64,000 nt of DNA from Planctomycetota bacterium (GCA_045863855.1 BTVV01000001.1:64001-128000), one strand, 5' to 3'. Counted from the stretch's first letter, positions 28,378-38,936 are shown. Numbers and translations: made by a program. Notes: generated from the sequence alone by a model not told the origin.

Positions 28378-29505
28378 CTACAAGTCCACGGGCTTGCCGG
28401 TTTCGGCGGACTGGTACGCGGCGATGACGAGCTTTTGGGTCTCGGCGCCTTCGCCGATGGGCGTGCGCGTCGCGCGGTTCTTCAGGATCGCATGGAGCAG
28501 GTCGAGGTGTTCGCCCAGGTTCGGGCTGCCGCCGGTCTCGAAGGGCTCGGTCTTGAGTTCCTTCCCGTCGGTGATCGTGATCTCGCCGGCGCCGCCGCCC
28601 CAATCGACGGTGAAGCCCTTGGCGACGAGGGTGCTGGGGGCGAGCCACTTTCCGGGGATCGCGCAGTTGGTGCCGGTGATGATGCCCAGCGCGCCGGTCT
28701 CGAAGCGGATCAGCGTCCCGCTCACGTCTTCGACCGTGTAGTTCTCGACGTCGCGGTGCGCGAGGTTCGCCGTGTACGCGAAGACCTGCACGGGCTTGCC
28801 GAGCAGATAGCGGCACAGATCGAACTGGTGAATGATCTGTTCGACGATCTGCCCGCCGGACTTGTCCTTCATGCGCCACCACGGCGAATGCAAGCTGTTG
28901 CAGAAGTAGCGGCCCACGTACTGGATCGCCGGGCCCTTGGCGGCGAGCAATTCCTTGACGCGCTCGATGCCCTTCATGAAGCGCATGTGGAACCCGACCT
29001 GGCTCTTGACGCCGGCCTTCTGCACGGCGGCGGCCATCTGGCCGGCCAGTTCGTTGGTCAGCGCGATGGGTTTCTCGATCAGGATGTGAATCCCGCGCTC
29101 GGCCGCCAGCATCACTTCGTCCTTGTGCGCGAAGGGCGGCATGCAGATCGTGACCGCATCGAGCTTGGCCTGCTCGAACATTACGCGGTAGTCCTCGTAG
29201 ACCGTCCCGTGGCCTTTGCCGTATTCCTTCTGGAAGCGTTCGGCGTTGGCGCGGACGACGTCGCAGTAGGCAACGACGTCGTACTCGGGAATCTGGATCA
29301 GGCTCTTGATGTGCGCGTTAGCAATGCCTCCGCAGCCCAGCAGCCCCATGCGCAGGCGCTTTTCGGGCAACGGCGCGGCCTTGGGCGCGGCGGCGGGCTT
29401 CTTCGCGGCGGCTTTCGGCGCGGGCTTGGGCTTCTGAACGGGCTTGGCTTTGGGGGCCGGCTTGGATTTCGGCTTCGCTTTGGACGGCTTGGACTTCTTG
29501 GCCAT
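28378..29505 (-). CDS. Gfo/Idh/MocA oxidoreductase with Lys/Pro/Ala-rich N-terminal tail
   Basis: GLLGCGGIA, HILIEKP, GGQIVEQIIHQFD. Confidence 0.9.
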   Translation of the reverse strand: MAKKSKPSKAKPKSKPAPKAKPVQKPKPAPKAAAKKPAAAPKAAPLPEKRLRMGLLGCGGIANAHIKSLIQIPEYDVVAYCDVVRANAERFQKEYGKGHGTVYEDYRVMFEQAKLDAVTICMPPFAHKDEVMLAAERGIHILIEKPIALTNELAGQMAAAVQKAGVKSQVGFHMRFMKGIERVKELLAAKGPAIQYVGRYFCNSLHSPWWRMKDKSGGQIVEQIIHQFDLCRYLLGKPVQVFAYTANLAHRDVENYTVEDVSGTLIRFETGALGIITGTNCAIPGKWLAPSTLVAKGFTVDWGGGAGEITITDGKELKTEPFETGGSPNLGEHLDLLHAILKNRATRTPIGEGAETQKLVIAAYQSAETGKPVDL

Positions 29506-29621
29506 GGAGGCGCTCCTCGAAAGGTTCTAACAACGGGAAGCTCAGCATCCTATGTCCGTCGGGCGGGCGCGCTACGGCAGGATTTCGGGGCCGGCGGGAG
29601 GTACGGCGCACGTCCGGGGCG

Positions 29622-29644
29622 GCGGGCGGGATGCCCGCGATACC
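29622..29644. repeat. REP-like palindrome
   Basis: GCGGGC-GGGAT-GCCCGC followed by GATACC (GGTA foot on the minus strand); intergenic. Confidence 0.45.
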
Positions 29645-29668
29645 GAATGGCGGCGGGCGCTGCGAAGG

Positions 29669-30373
29669 CTACTTTTTCGCGGCCTCGGCGGCTATGCGCT
29701 TCTCGTGGCCGGCGATTTCCTTCTCGGGATTATCGAGGAACGCCTGTTTGCAGCCGGTGCAGCAGACGTAGTAGGTCTTGCCCTTGTACTCGACGGCCAT
29801 GGTGCCTTCGCCGCCGGTGACGACGCAGACGTTCGCGTTGGCGTTCTTGCCGAAGCCGCTGCCTTGCTTGGTGGCGCCGACTTCCGCGAGCTTCCCGAAC
29901 TTGTCCGCGCCGCCGGGGAGCTTGCGCTCGTAGAGGACCGTCATGCGCTTGCCGCGGGCGAGCAGGCTGAGCGTGATGCGCGCGGGCTGTCCTTCGCCGG
30001 CTTGCGCGTTGACGAGTTCGAGGTCCTTGAAGCGGTTGATCGCACCGGCGTAGGTCTGCGCCGAACCGTCGGCGGCGGTGGCCGTGAGCGTGAAGGCATC
30101 GGCGGCCTCGCCGGCCACGAGCTTCGCATCCTTGAAGTACTTCCCGTCGGCGGTCTTCATTGCGAGCAGCGCGCGTCCGCCCTCGAACGCCCACGCCCAC
30201 TCGAACGTCTCGCTCCAGGCATCGCCTTGAGCCGGCTTGCCGCCGCCCTTCCATTGGCCGATCAGATCCTGCACCTTGGCCAAGGCGAGTTTGTCCGCTT
30301 CGACACGGTCTTCGCCGGCCTGCACCGCGGCCGCCGCCAGCGCCACCGCCAGGAACATCGCCATTCCACGCAT
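29669..30373 (-). CDS. exported YHS-domain protein
   Basis: signal peptide; C-terminal CVVTGG...VEYKGKTYYVCCTGCKQAF.DNPE. Confidence 0.85.
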   Translation of the reverse strand: MRGMAMFLAVALAAAAVQAGEDRVEADKLALAKVQDLIGQWKGGGKPAQGDAWSETFEWAWAFEGGRALLAMKTADGKYFKDAKLVAGEAADAFTLTATAADGSAQTYAGAINRFKDLELVNAQAGEGQPARITLSLLARGKRMTVLYERKLPGGADKFGKLAEVGATKQGSGFGKNANANVCVVTGGEGTMAVEYKGKTYYVCCTGCKQAFLDNPEKEIAGHEKRIAAEAAKK

Positions 30374-30479
30374 GGTTCGATCCTTTAAATAGGTTCCTGC
30401 CCAGCCCCGACGCACGAACATTCTGGAGATTCGATGCTATCCGCTAGCATGGTCGTGCTCAACGCGCTCGCGGCTGCAT

Positions 30480-30512
30480 AAAAAAGCCGGGCCCGTGGGG
30501 AACGGGCCCGGC
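30480..30512 (-). terminator. rho-independent terminator
   Basis: 11-bp stem GCCGGGCCCGT/ACGGGCCCGGC followed by T6 on the minus strand. Confidence 0.85.
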
Positions 30513-30624
30513 GGGTAGGGAATGGGAACGCGACGTGCGTTTCCACTCGCTAGCGTAGTGACTGTGCGGGCTTACACGAATCGCACGGCGGCGATCCGGT
30601 CCGGAATTGCTCCTGGGGCCGGCT

Positions 30625-31389
30625 CTATTTCGCGGCCTCGCGATGTCCGCTGATGACCTTCAGTTCACCGGCGGGGCGGCCTTTCGCATCCGTCAGCACC
30701 AGCGGTTCGGCGGGCTGAGCCGAGAAATCCAGCACGCCGCTCTTGAGGTTCGTTTCGGCCCACGCCAGGCAGTCGTTTCCGTCGAGCGTCATTTCGCCGA
30801 TGGTCTTCCCGGCCTGATCGCAAAAGCTGACGAGTTGATCCTGCGGGAATTGACCGAGGGTCCAGACGCCGGCGAGGCGCCCGGCGGCGGTTCCGCCGTC
30901 CTTCAACGCGCGCTGGCTCAGGTCCTTCCAGAACGCATCGCTCGCGCTGTCGTCGTCGAAAAGGTACACGTAGGCTTTTTCGCCGTTCAGGATGCGTCGG
31001 GTGAGGGTCAACTTGGCGGGGTTCGGAAAGCCGGGGTCGTCTTGCACGAGCGGCGTGACGTGGACGATTTCGGGTTCGCTCTGGAAGCGCACGAGCAGAA
31101 AGGTATCCGGCGCGCTGGCCAGATCGGCCCATTTCACCGCCGGGGCCGCCGGATCGGCGCGGTATTCGAGGAAGACTTCTTCGGCGATCGACGGTCCCGC
31201 GGACGTGCGGCCGTCGGCGAAGCTGTAGCCCAATCCGACGGCGCCCAAGAGCAGCCCGACGACCAGACCGGTCACCAGCACGACCGTTCGGGAGAGGCCG
31301 CGCGGATGGCGCGAAACAGGCTTAGGTTCGTCCAGGGGCCGGACTTCCACGCGCGGATGTGTCGAGTTGGGTTGCGGTTCGGGCATCAT
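30625..31389 (-). CDS. hypothetical membrane-anchored protein
   Basis: 254 aa, single N-terminal TM helix, GGAGG RBS. Confidence 0.7.
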   Translation of the reverse strand: MMPEPQPNSTHPRVEVRPLDEPKPVSRHPRGLSRTVVLVTGLVVGLLLGAVGLGYSFADGRTSAGPSIAEEVFLEYRADPAAPAVKWADLASAPDTFLLVRFQSEPEIVHVTPLVQDDPGFPNPAKLTLTRRILNGEKAYVYLFDDDSASDAFWKDLSQRALKDGGTAAGRLAGVWTLGQFPQDQLVSFCDQAGKTIGEMTLDGNDCLAWAETNLKSGVLDFSAQPAEPLVLTDAKGRPAGELKVISGHREAAK

Positions 31390-31512
31390 CGTGACCTCCG
31401 GCCAGCGGGTTCACACCGCGGGTTCACACCACGGTAAACATAAGAAAAGGGCCTCGGCTCTTTCGCGGAATCCGGTCGCTCGCCTAACCCACGGGCTGCT
31501 ATACTTCCGGGC

Positions 31513-34092
31513 ATGAACGCGCCCAGCGGTTCTCCCGCGCCCGATGCGCCCCCCGGATCGGCGGCTCCGATGCGCTTGCCGTTGCCGCCCACGCGTCCGT
31601 GGCAGGACTTGTCCGGCGAAGCGTTTCTGGCGCGCGCGCCGCGGGTGCGCGTGGAAGGCTGCCCCGGTCCGGTGCCGTGCCTGGGCGGGATACCGTTGCT
31701 GGCGCGCTTGGGCCAGGGCGGGATGGGCGCCGTCTACTACGGGATTCACCCGCGGCTGGACGTCGAAGTGGCCGTGAAGGTTCTGCCGCCGGAATGGGCC
31801 GAACGTGACGCCGGATTGGTCGGCCGCTTCCTGCGCGAGGCGAAGGTCGCCGCGCGGATCAAGTCGCCGCATCTTGTCGGCGTGCTGGACGTGAACGAAG
31901 AACGCGGCCTGCATTACCTGACGATGGAGTACGTGCGCGGCGAGTCCGCGGGTTCGTACCTGCGCCGCTTGCACGAACAGGGCCAGCCCGGCCTGCCGGA
32001 AGCATTGGCGCTGGATCTGGTGCTGGCGGTGACCGAAGGCCTGAGCGTCGCGCACCGCGAAGGCGTGATCCACCGCGATCTGAAGCCGGACAACATTCTG
32101 CTTCCGGCCAACGCCGCCGGCGAGCTGGACTTCGGCGCGGCGAAGGTGGCCGACCTGGGGCTGGCGCGGAGCGAATCGTACGAACTCTCGCTGACGAACA
32201 ACCAGACGGCGCTGGGCACGCCGGGGTACCTCGCGCCGGAGCAGGCCACCGACGCGAAGAGCGCCGGGAAAGCGGCGGATGTCTTCAGCCTGGGCGCGAC
32301 GCTGTACGCGCTGCTGGCCAAGCGCCCGCCCTTCACGGGCAACTCGCTCTCGAAGGTGCTCTTCGAGACCGTGCACGCGCCGCATCCGCCGCTGCGCCCG
32401 CAGCGTCCGGATATCAGCGATACGACGCTGATGGCGATCAACCGCTGTCTGGCCAAGGATCCGGCGGGGCGCTACGCCGACGCCGCGGCGCTGCGAGCGG
32501 CGTTGCAGGAAGCGCGGGCGCGGCTGAGCGGCGCGGCGAGCGCGCCGGCGACGCCTTTGCCGCAGACGTTGGTCAGCCCTACCCCCGGTATGCAGGGCCC
32601 TACGATGACGACACCGTATCCGTACCCCACCGCGCCCCAACCGCCGAAGCGCAACGTCGCGGTCCTGGCGGTCCTGGGCGGGTTGGCCGCGATCCTGCTG
32701 GTGGTCCTCGGCGCCGTGGGCGTGTACTACGGCTTCGGATCGTTGCGCAAGTCGAATCAAGCCGCGCGCCGCCCGAACCCCGCGCCGCAACCGGCGCCCG
32801 CGCCTGTTCCTGCTCCCGAACCCGTCTTGGATCCGCCGCCGCCCGCCCCCGCGCCTGCGCCGCCCGCGGTTGTCGATCCGAACACGTTGATCGGCACGGC
32901 GCCCAAGCGCCCCGATCCGATAGCGCCCGCTCCGGTCGCGGAAGCGCCGCCGCCCGATCCGGCGCCCGAGCGCTTGATGGAGCACCGCAAGGCCATTCTG
33001 GCGCGCGCGAAAGCGGGCGACCTCTCCGCGGTCGCGGCGATGGTCGAGCACCTGATGTGGGACGAGATGGGCACGTTCACGCAGGCCGAAATCCAGGCGC
33101 TGCTGCCGTGGGGCCGGTCGACGGACCGAATCGGTTCGATGACCGCGCCGCAGCTTTACGCGATCCTGGCGGCGAACTGGGTCGTGCGTCAGCCGGAGTA
33201 TCCTCCGGATAAGCTGAAGGAACTGCTGAGCGCGACGCGCCAGGCGCTGGCCGCGCATCCCATGGACCATCCGATCCTGCTGAGCGAAGCGGGCTGGCTC
33301 TTCGGCGCGGCCGATCCGCCGGATCAGGAACGCAAAGAGCAGTGCATCCGCAAAGCGCTGGAGCTGCTGGAAGCCGAGCCGCTCGAGACGTTCACGCCCT
33401 GGCAGCAAGCCGCGCGCGTCTACCAGCACGGCGTCTGTTTGTGTCCCGAGTACAACGCGATGGGCGACTGGTCGCGCGCGACGCGCTGGTTCGCCGACGC
33501 CGCGCTGCGGGCCGGGAAAGTGGGCGACAGCGCTCTGCAAGGGCTGGCCTTGTACAACCACGCGCGCAGCCTGCAGCCCGACGTGAATCCGACGGGCGAT
33601 TGGGGCCAGGCGATGGCGTTGTACGTCAAGTCGGCGCGCGCGTACGAATCCGCCGGAGATCCGGTTGCGCAAGCCTCCAGCCTGCGCCAGTACGCCTGGT
33701 GCCTGCAGCCCGACCATAACCCCGGCGGCGACTGGTCGCGCGCGGCCGAGATTTACGCGGCCGCCGCGGCTTTGTACGAGAAGCTCAACCGGCCGGTGGA
33801 CCACGCGCTTTCGCTAAGCGACCAGGGCTACTGCCTGAGCCCGCAGCGCAATCCGCGCGGTAACTGGGAGCAGACGGCGAAGCTGTATACGCAGGCGGTG
33901 AGCCTCTACAGTTCGCGCGGGCGCAAGCTCGACATGGCCATCTGCCTGCACGAACAGGCGTACCATCTGGTCAAAGGGCAGAGCGAGAATCTGACGCCGG
34001 CGATTCAGGAACTTTTCAGGCGTTCGGCGGTGCTGCGCCGCGAAGCGGGCGACGAGGAAGGCGCCAAGGTCAGCGAGACCTGGCTGAAGTAG
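31513..34092 (+). CDS. transmembrane Ser/Thr protein kinase with C-terminal TPR-like repeats
   Basis: GQGGMG, VAVK, HRDLKPDN, DLG, GTPGYLAPE; TM helix; Pro-rich linker; PxxNxxGxW repeats. Confidence 0.93.
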   Translation: MNAPSGSPAPDAPPGSAAPMRLPLPPTRPWQDLSGEAFLARAPRVRVEGCPGPVPCLGGIPLLARLGQGGMGAVYYGIHPRLDVEVAVKVLPPEWAERDAGLVGRFLREAKVAARIKSPHLVGVLDVNEERGLHYLTMEYVRGESAGSYLRRLHEQGQPGLPEALALDLVLAVTEGLSVAHREGVIHRDLKPDNILLPANAAGELDFGAAKVADLGLARSESYELSLTNNQTALGTPGYLAPEQATDAKSAGKAADVFSLGATLYALLAKRPPFTGNSLSKVLFETVHAPHPPLRPQRPDISDTTLMAINRCLAKDPAGRYADAAALRAALQEARARLSGAASAPATPLPQTLVSPTPGMQGPTMTTPYPYPTAPQPPKRNVAVLAVLGGLAAILLVVLGAVGVYYGFGSLRKSNQAARRPNPAPQPAPAPVPAPEPVLDPPPPAPAPAPPAVVDPNTLIGTAPKRPDPIAPAPVAEAPPPDPAPERLMEHRKAILARAKAGDLSAVAAMVEHLMWDEMGTFTQAEIQALLPWGRSTDRIGSMTAPQLYAILAANWVVRQPEYPPDKLKELLSATRQALAAHPMDHPILLSEAGWLFGAADPPDQERKEQCIRKALELLEAEPLETFTPWQQAARVYQHGVCLCPEYNAMGDWSRATRWFADAALRAGKVGDSALQGLALYNHARSLQPDVNPTGDWGQAMALYVKSARAYESAGDPVAQASSLRQYAWCLQPDHNPGGDWSRAAEIYAAAAALYEKLNRPVDHALSLSDQGYCLSPQRNPRGNWEQTAKLYTQAVSLYSSRGRKLDMAICLHEQAYHLVKGQSENLTPAIQELFRRSAVLRREAGDEEGAKVSETWLK

Positions 34093-34191
34093 GCGCGTGG
34101 AGTTCGTTCGCGCGCACGCCGCGCGCCGGCATCGTCTATCCGTCCGCGCCAGTCCCAAGCCCGGCGAGGCCAGTCAGCGGCTACGCCGCGG

Positions 34192-34512
34192 CTATGAGGC
34201 CGCGGGGACGCAGATGTCCAGTTCCGGCTCGTGCCGAACCCACAGCCGCGAACCGTCCTCCAAGGCTTCCTGGCGCATGAAGCGGACCGGCAGATGCGCC
34301 GGACCCCTCACGTACAGAAAACGCTGCACCCGCTCGAAGCCCAGGACCGCCGCCCGCTCTTCGCTGACGACCTCCTGATCCTCGTTGAGCAGAAGCCTCG
34401 CAGGGCGTTGCGGCTCGTCCACGAAGCTGACGAGGCGCGTAACGTATGTCGCAGATTGGACCACGATGTCGCCCTCCCCCAGTTCCCCCGCCTTAAACAT
34501 ACGCAATTGCAT
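34192..34512 (-). CDS. hypothetical protein
   Basis: 106-aa ORF with protein-like composition and an AT-rich upstream region. Confidence 0.55.
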   Translation of the reverse strand: MQLRMFKAGELGEGDIVVQSATYVTRLVSFVDEPQRPARLLLNEDQEVVSEERAAVLGFERVQRFLYVRGPAHLPVRFMRQEALEDGSRLWVRHEPELDICVPAAS

Positions 34513-34795
34513 GGCCGAATTTCACCTCTCAAGAGTAAAGACGATGAAGAAATGCCACAATTCTCCAAGAATTCGCTCAAGTCCGGACTTGCACGCGTGA
34601 AAGCGCGCCTAGGCGCTGGAATTGATGCGTCAAAAAGTGTGATAAATTCGGACTGGAGGGTCAAATCGCGGTCGAGCGAACGCTCGATCGTTCAACACTG
34701 TGCAATTTTCGTCACATAGCAACGGGTTAATTCCGGAGGTCTGGACGTTTTTGGGTAAACGGAAGGCGCTCGAATGGAACGCGCCGGCGCGCGAT

Positions 34796-35638
34796 TCAGG
34801 GCTCGGTGGTCCAGTCGAGTTCGGTCTTCAGCTCGGTCTGCACAGCGTCGCCGCGCAGCGAACCGGTGACGGGCGCGGCGCCGCTGGGATAGCGCGCGGC
34901 GGCCAACGGCACGTGGCGGTCGGCGACGGCGAGTCCGCCGGTGGGATCGAAGCCGCGCCAGCCTCCGCCCGGCAGGAAGACCTCGGCCCAGGCGTGCAGG
35001 TAATACGGCCCCGGTTCGGGCACGGGGTGATACCCGCTGACGAAGCGGGCGGCGAGTCCCAGCGCGCGGCAGGCGTCGACGAAGAGCACCGCCTGATCGC
35101 GGCAGGAACCGGAGCCGCGTGCGAGGCATTCTTCGGGGGTGAACGGATAGCCGCTCTCGCGCAATTCGTAGCGCACGGTTCGGCGCAGGCGTTCGGCGAG
35201 GGCGGTGAGGAAGGGGATCGTCCGGTCATCGACGCCGGCGGCGATATCGCGCGCGAGGCGCTGTACGGCGTCGCTGCCTCCGGTGCGCAGTCGGTAGGGG
35301 GCGAGCAACGCCGATTGCGGGCCGCGGGAGGCGTCGAAGATGCGTTCGGCGTTCGCATCCAGCACGAAGTCGAAGGAATTGACGCGGAGGGTTTGCACCG
35401 ACAACTTCGCTTCGATGCGCAGTTCCTCGACCGGTTCGTGAAACCAAACCCGCGTGACGTGGTTGCCTTCCTCGTCGAGCATCTCGGTGCGCATGCCGGG
35501 GGCGGGGGTGACGAGGAGTTCGTGGGCGAGGCAGCGGTGCGCGCCGTCGAGTCGCGGATTCAGGCGCAAATCGTGCGGCTCCAGCGCCACCGGCGCGGAG
35601 AAGGTGTAGTGCGTCAGATGCCGGATCTTAAAACGCAT
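34796..35638 (-). CDS. transglutaminase-like protein
   Basis: IRHLTHYTF N-terminal domain; triad motifs GSCRDQA, LHAWAEV, GFDPT. Confidence 0.92.
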   Translation of the reverse strand: MRFKIRHLTHYTFSAPVALEPHDLRLNPRLDGAHRCLAHELLVTPAPGMRTEMLDEEGNHVTRVWFHEPVEELRIEAKLSVQTLRVNSFDFVLDANAERIFDASRGPQSALLAPYRLRTGGSDAVQRLARDIAAGVDDRTIPFLTALAERLRRTVRYELRESGYPFTPEECLARGSGSCRDQAVLFVDACRALGLAARFVSGYHPVPEPGPYYLHAWAEVFLPGGGWRGFDPTGGLAVADRHVPLAAARYPSGAAPVTGSLRGDAVQTELKTELDWTTEP

Positions 35639-35642
35639 CTCG

Positions 35643-36380
35643 TCAGCTATCCGGCTTGCCTTCGGCGAGTCCGCGCAGCGCCGTATCCATCCAATCGCTG
35701 GGTAGTTTCTGGACCAATTCGCGCAAGCGATCCTGCCACCACGTATTGACGTCGCGCAAGTCGTGGCGCTCGTAGCGGTGTTCGTGCAGGACGCCGTTGG
35801 CGTAGAGGATCACGTCGAGCGGGAAATCCACGTCGGAGGCGCTGATGCGCGTGCTGTCGAAGGCCAGGCAGCCCACCTTCAGCGCGAGGCGCAGCGAATC
35901 CTCGAAGCGCAGCGTACGGTCGAGCACGGGCTTGCCGTACCCGGTCGCGCCGATGATCGCATAAGGCGTTCCCGGCCCGATCTCGACCCAGTTGCCTTGC
36001 GGATAGACGAGGTAAAGCTTCGGTTCTTTATCTTGCGGGAACTGCCCGCCGATGAGGGCGGAGATGCTGAAGCTGAGCCCGCTTTCCTCCAGCGCGTGCT
36101 TGTCCTCGGCGGCGACGCGGCGGAGCTGTTCGGCGAAGGCGTTGACGGCCTTGAACGTGCGCGCAAAGGGTTCGGGCCGGTCTTCCATCAGTTCGGCGAA
36201 GTAGGTGAGCGTTTTGTCTCGCACCGAGCGCAGGCCGGAGGTCATCACGAACAACGAATAGCCTTCGCCGCGGTAAGTGGCGATCTTCCGCGCGGTCAGG
36301 CACTCGTTGCCGCTGATGATGCGCGTATCCGCCAGCCCCACGAGGCCTTCGCGAACGCGCATGCCGAGGCAGAACGTCAT
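35643..36380 (-). CDS. proteasome-type protease (Anbu)
   Basis: N-terminal MTFC (Thr nucleophile), LVGLADTR, LYLVYPQGNW, IGATGYGKPVLDR, FDST. Confidence 0.9.
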   Translation of the reverse strand: MTFCLGMRVREGLVGLADTRIISGNECLTARKIATYRGEGYSLFVMTSGLRSVRDKTLTYFAELMEDRPEPFARTFKAVNAFAEQLRRVAAEDKHALEESGLSFSISALIGGQFPQDKEPKLYLVYPQGNWVEIGPGTPYAIIGATGYGKPVLDRTLRFEDSLRLALKVGCLAFDSTRISASDVDFPLDVILYANGVLHEHRYERHDLRDVNTWWQDRLRELVQKLPSDWMDTALRGLAEGKPDS

Positions 36381-37369
36381 TGCTGGTAAGCTCCCTGGGA
36401 CGGACCGGGCAACGCGGGCACGAAGGTCCGGGCGGTGAAGAAGGTATCGTAGATGCCTTCGCCCACCAGATTAAGCCTTTTTTGCAGATCGTCGATGAAT
36501 TCGTGAAGCCCCTGGTCCACGATTTCCTCGACGCGCCGGAAGGCCAGATCGGAGCGGAGCTGTCCGAGGCGCTGCTCGGCGGTGTTGCAGAACGCGTTGG
36601 GCGGGGAGCCGGAGATGGCGTGCAGGGAGGCTTCGGCCTCGCCGAGGCAGAAAAAGACCGAGCGCGGGAACGAACGGTCGAGCAGCAGGTACTCGACAAC
36701 GCGCGCCGGCACGATGGCGTGGTGCTGCATGCGGAACATCTGCAGCGCGCTGGCCGAGCGGAGCACCGCGGCCCATTGCAGGTCGTCGGCCGGCGTGCCG
36801 ACGTACTGCGGCGACGGGAGCAGCAGGTAGTACTTCACGTCCAGGATGCGCGAGGTTTTGTCGGCGCGTTCGAGCATGCGGCCGGTATGGATGAAATGCC
36901 AGCCTTCGCCGCGCGCGACGGTGGCGTCGAGGATGCCGGCGAGCTTGTGGCAATCGAGCATCACGTCGCGGTACAGGTCGTAGGAGAGTTCGCGGGGCGT
37001 TGCGGCGCTTTCGGAACTGCGGCGCAGGTTGAGGTACAGCTTGTTCAATTCTTCCCAGAATTCGCTGGATAAATTGCCGCGCACGCTGCGCGCGTTGTCG
37101 CGGGCCTGGCTGAGGCAGGAAAGGATCGAATTGGGATTCTGTTCGTCGAACGTCAGGAAGAACTGGACATGCGCCTGCGTGGGACCGGGGTAGCGTTCCT
37201 TGAAGGCCGCTTCGTCGCCGGTGGTGATGACGAGCGGTTCCCACTGCGGGCGTTCGGTGGGCAAGTCGAGCGTGAGGCTGTGATTGACCTGGATGAAGCG
37301 CGCGACATTCTCGGCGCGCTCCACCAGCCGGCTCATCCAGTACAACGCGTACGCGACGCGGCTCAGCAC
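36377..37369 (-). CDS. alpha-E domain protein
   Basis: LSRVAYALYWMSRLVERAEN, ARDNARSVR, GRMLERADKTSRILDVKY, FPRSV. Confidence 0.92.
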   Translation of the reverse strand: MLSRVAYALYWMSRLVERAENVARFIQVNHSLTLDLPTERPQWEPLVITTGDEAAFKERYPGPTQAHVQFFLTFDEQNPNSILSCLSQARDNARSVRGNLSSEFWEELNKLYLNLRRSSESAATPRELSYDLYRDVMLDCHKLAGILDATVARGEGWHFIHTGRMLERADKTSRILDVKYYLLLPSPQYVGTPADDLQWAAVLRSASALQMFRMQHHAIVPARVVEYLLLDRSFPRSVFFCLGEAEASLHAISGSPPNAFCNTAEQRLGQLRSDLAFRRVEEIVDQGLHEFIDDLQKRLNLVGEGIYDTFFTARTFVPALPGPSQGAYQQ

Positions 37370-37371
37370 GG

Positions 37372-38817
37372 CTACGCTTCCCCTTCTTGGGCCAGCACCC
37401 AGGTGTCCTTGCTGCCGCCGCCTTGCGAGCTGTTGACGACGAGGCTGCCGCGCTTCAAGGCGACCCGCGTCAGCCCGCCGGGCAGGACGTACGTCTCGCG
37501 TCCCTGCAGGATGAACGGACGCAGATCGACGTGCCGTCCTTCCAGGCGCCCGTCGACCAGCGCGGGCACGCGGGAAAGCGCCAGCGTGGGCTGCGCGATG
37601 TAGTTGCGGGGCGAAGCTTCGATGCGCCGCGCGAACTCCTCGCGTTCGGACGCGCTGGCATGCGGCCCGATCAGCATCCCGTATCCGCCCGATTCGTTCG
37701 CCGTCTTGACCACCAGCTTGTCGAGGTTCTCCAGCACGTGCCGGCGCTGCTTTTCGATCCAGCAGAGGTACGTGGGCACGTTCGGCAGCAGCGGTTCTTC
37801 GGCCAGGTAGTAGCGGATCATGTCGGGCACGTAGGCGTAGACGACCTTGTCGTCGGCGACGCCCGTGCCCGGCGCGTTGGCCAGCGCGACGCGTCCGGCC
37901 AGGTACACTTCCATCAAGCCGGGCAGCCCCAGCACCGAATCCTTGCGGAAGCAGCGCGGATCGAGGAAATCGTCGTCGATGCGGCGGTAGATCACGTCCA
38001 CGCGCGAGAAGCCGCGGGTCGTGCGCATCCATACGCGCCCCTCGGCGATCACCAGATCCTGCCCTTCGACGAGTTCGACGCCCATCTGCTGCGCCAGGAA
38101 CGCGTGCTCGAAGTACGCGCTGTTCATCAGGCCCGGCGAGAGCACGACGACGACCGGCGAAGGGATGCCGTCGGGCGCCAGGTAGCGCAGCGATTCGAGC
38201 AGCCGCGCGGGGTAGTCGATGACGGGCCGCACGCGCGAGGCCGTGAAGACCTCGGGGAAGGTGCGCTTCATCACTTCGCGGTTTTCGAGCACGTACGAAA
38301 CGCCCGAGGGACAGCGCAGGTTGTCTTCCAGGACATACATCGTGCCGTCCGAGTCGCGGACCAGATCGGTCCCGGTGACGTGGTTCCAGATACCGCGCGG
38401 CGGATTGAGCCCCATGCACTGCGGCCGGAAACTTGCCGCGCTGGAGATCACGTCGCCGGGCACCACGCCGTCCTTGACGATGCGCTGCTCGTGGTAGACG
38501 TCGTTGAGGAACAGGTTGAGCGCCTGGATGCGCTGCTGCAGGCCGCGCTCGAGCTTGGCCCATTCGAGCGCGTCCACGATGCGCGGAATCAGATCGAACG
38601 GAAAGATGCGCTCGGTGCCCGAAGCGTCGCCGTAGACGCGAAAGGTGATGCCCATTTGGAGGAGGGTGCGCTCGGCGGCGGCCTGGCGGCGGCGGAGCTC
38701 GTCGAGGCCGATGGTTGCTATCTTTTGAGCAAGCAGCTCGGAACCGGCCCGCGGCTGCAGGCCGGCCTGGAACATCTCGTCGAAAAACGAGCCGACCTCG
38801 TACCCCGGAAACGACAT
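37372..38817 (-). CDS. circularly permuted type 2 ATP-grasp protein
   Basis: [66 protein letters not shown]. Confidence 0.95.
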   Translation of the reverse strand: MSFPGYEVGSFFDEMFQAGLQPRAGSELLAQKIATIGLDELRRRQAAAERTLLQMGITFRVYGDASGTERIFPFDLIPRIVDALEWAKLERGLQQRIQALNLFLNDVYHEQRIVKDGVVPGDVISSAASFRPQCMGLNPPRGIWNHVTGTDLVRDSDGTMYVLEDNLRCPSGVSYVLENREVMKRTFPEVFTASRVRPVIDYPARLLESLRYLAPDGIPSPVVVVLSPGLMNSAYFEHAFLAQQMGVELVEGQDLVIAEGRVWMRTTRGFSRVDVIYRRIDDDFLDPRCFRKDSVLGLPGLMEVYLAGRVALANAPGTGVADDKVVYAYVPDMIRYYLAEEPLLPNVPTYLCWIEKQRRHVLENLDKLVVKTANESGGYGMLIGPHASASEREEFARRIEASPRNYIAQPTLALSRVPALVDGRLEGRHVDLRPFILQGRETYVLPGGLTRVALKRGSLVVNSSQGGGSKDTWVLAQEGEA

Positions 38818-38920
38818 AAGCTGCACCCCAAGCTGGTTCAGCGACCGTGCTTGGGCGAATCGCAACCCCCCGGCGCGCCTCGCGCGGCCGGCGGCAGCGA
38901 CTCCCCCCTAAGCTATGGTA

Positions 38921-38936
38921 TGCAAAGAGTGTGCCC
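38921..38936 (-). promoter_or_regulatory. sigma-54 (-24/-12) promoter of the ATP-grasp operon
   Basis: minus strand GGGCACACTCTTTGCA = GG-N10-GC with GGCAC and TTGCA, about 100 bp upstream of ATG 38817. Confidence 0.7.

Noticed and set aside
27061..29820. 919-aa ORF on the plus strand
   Set aside because: Antisense to three recognisable minus-strand genes; no motifs
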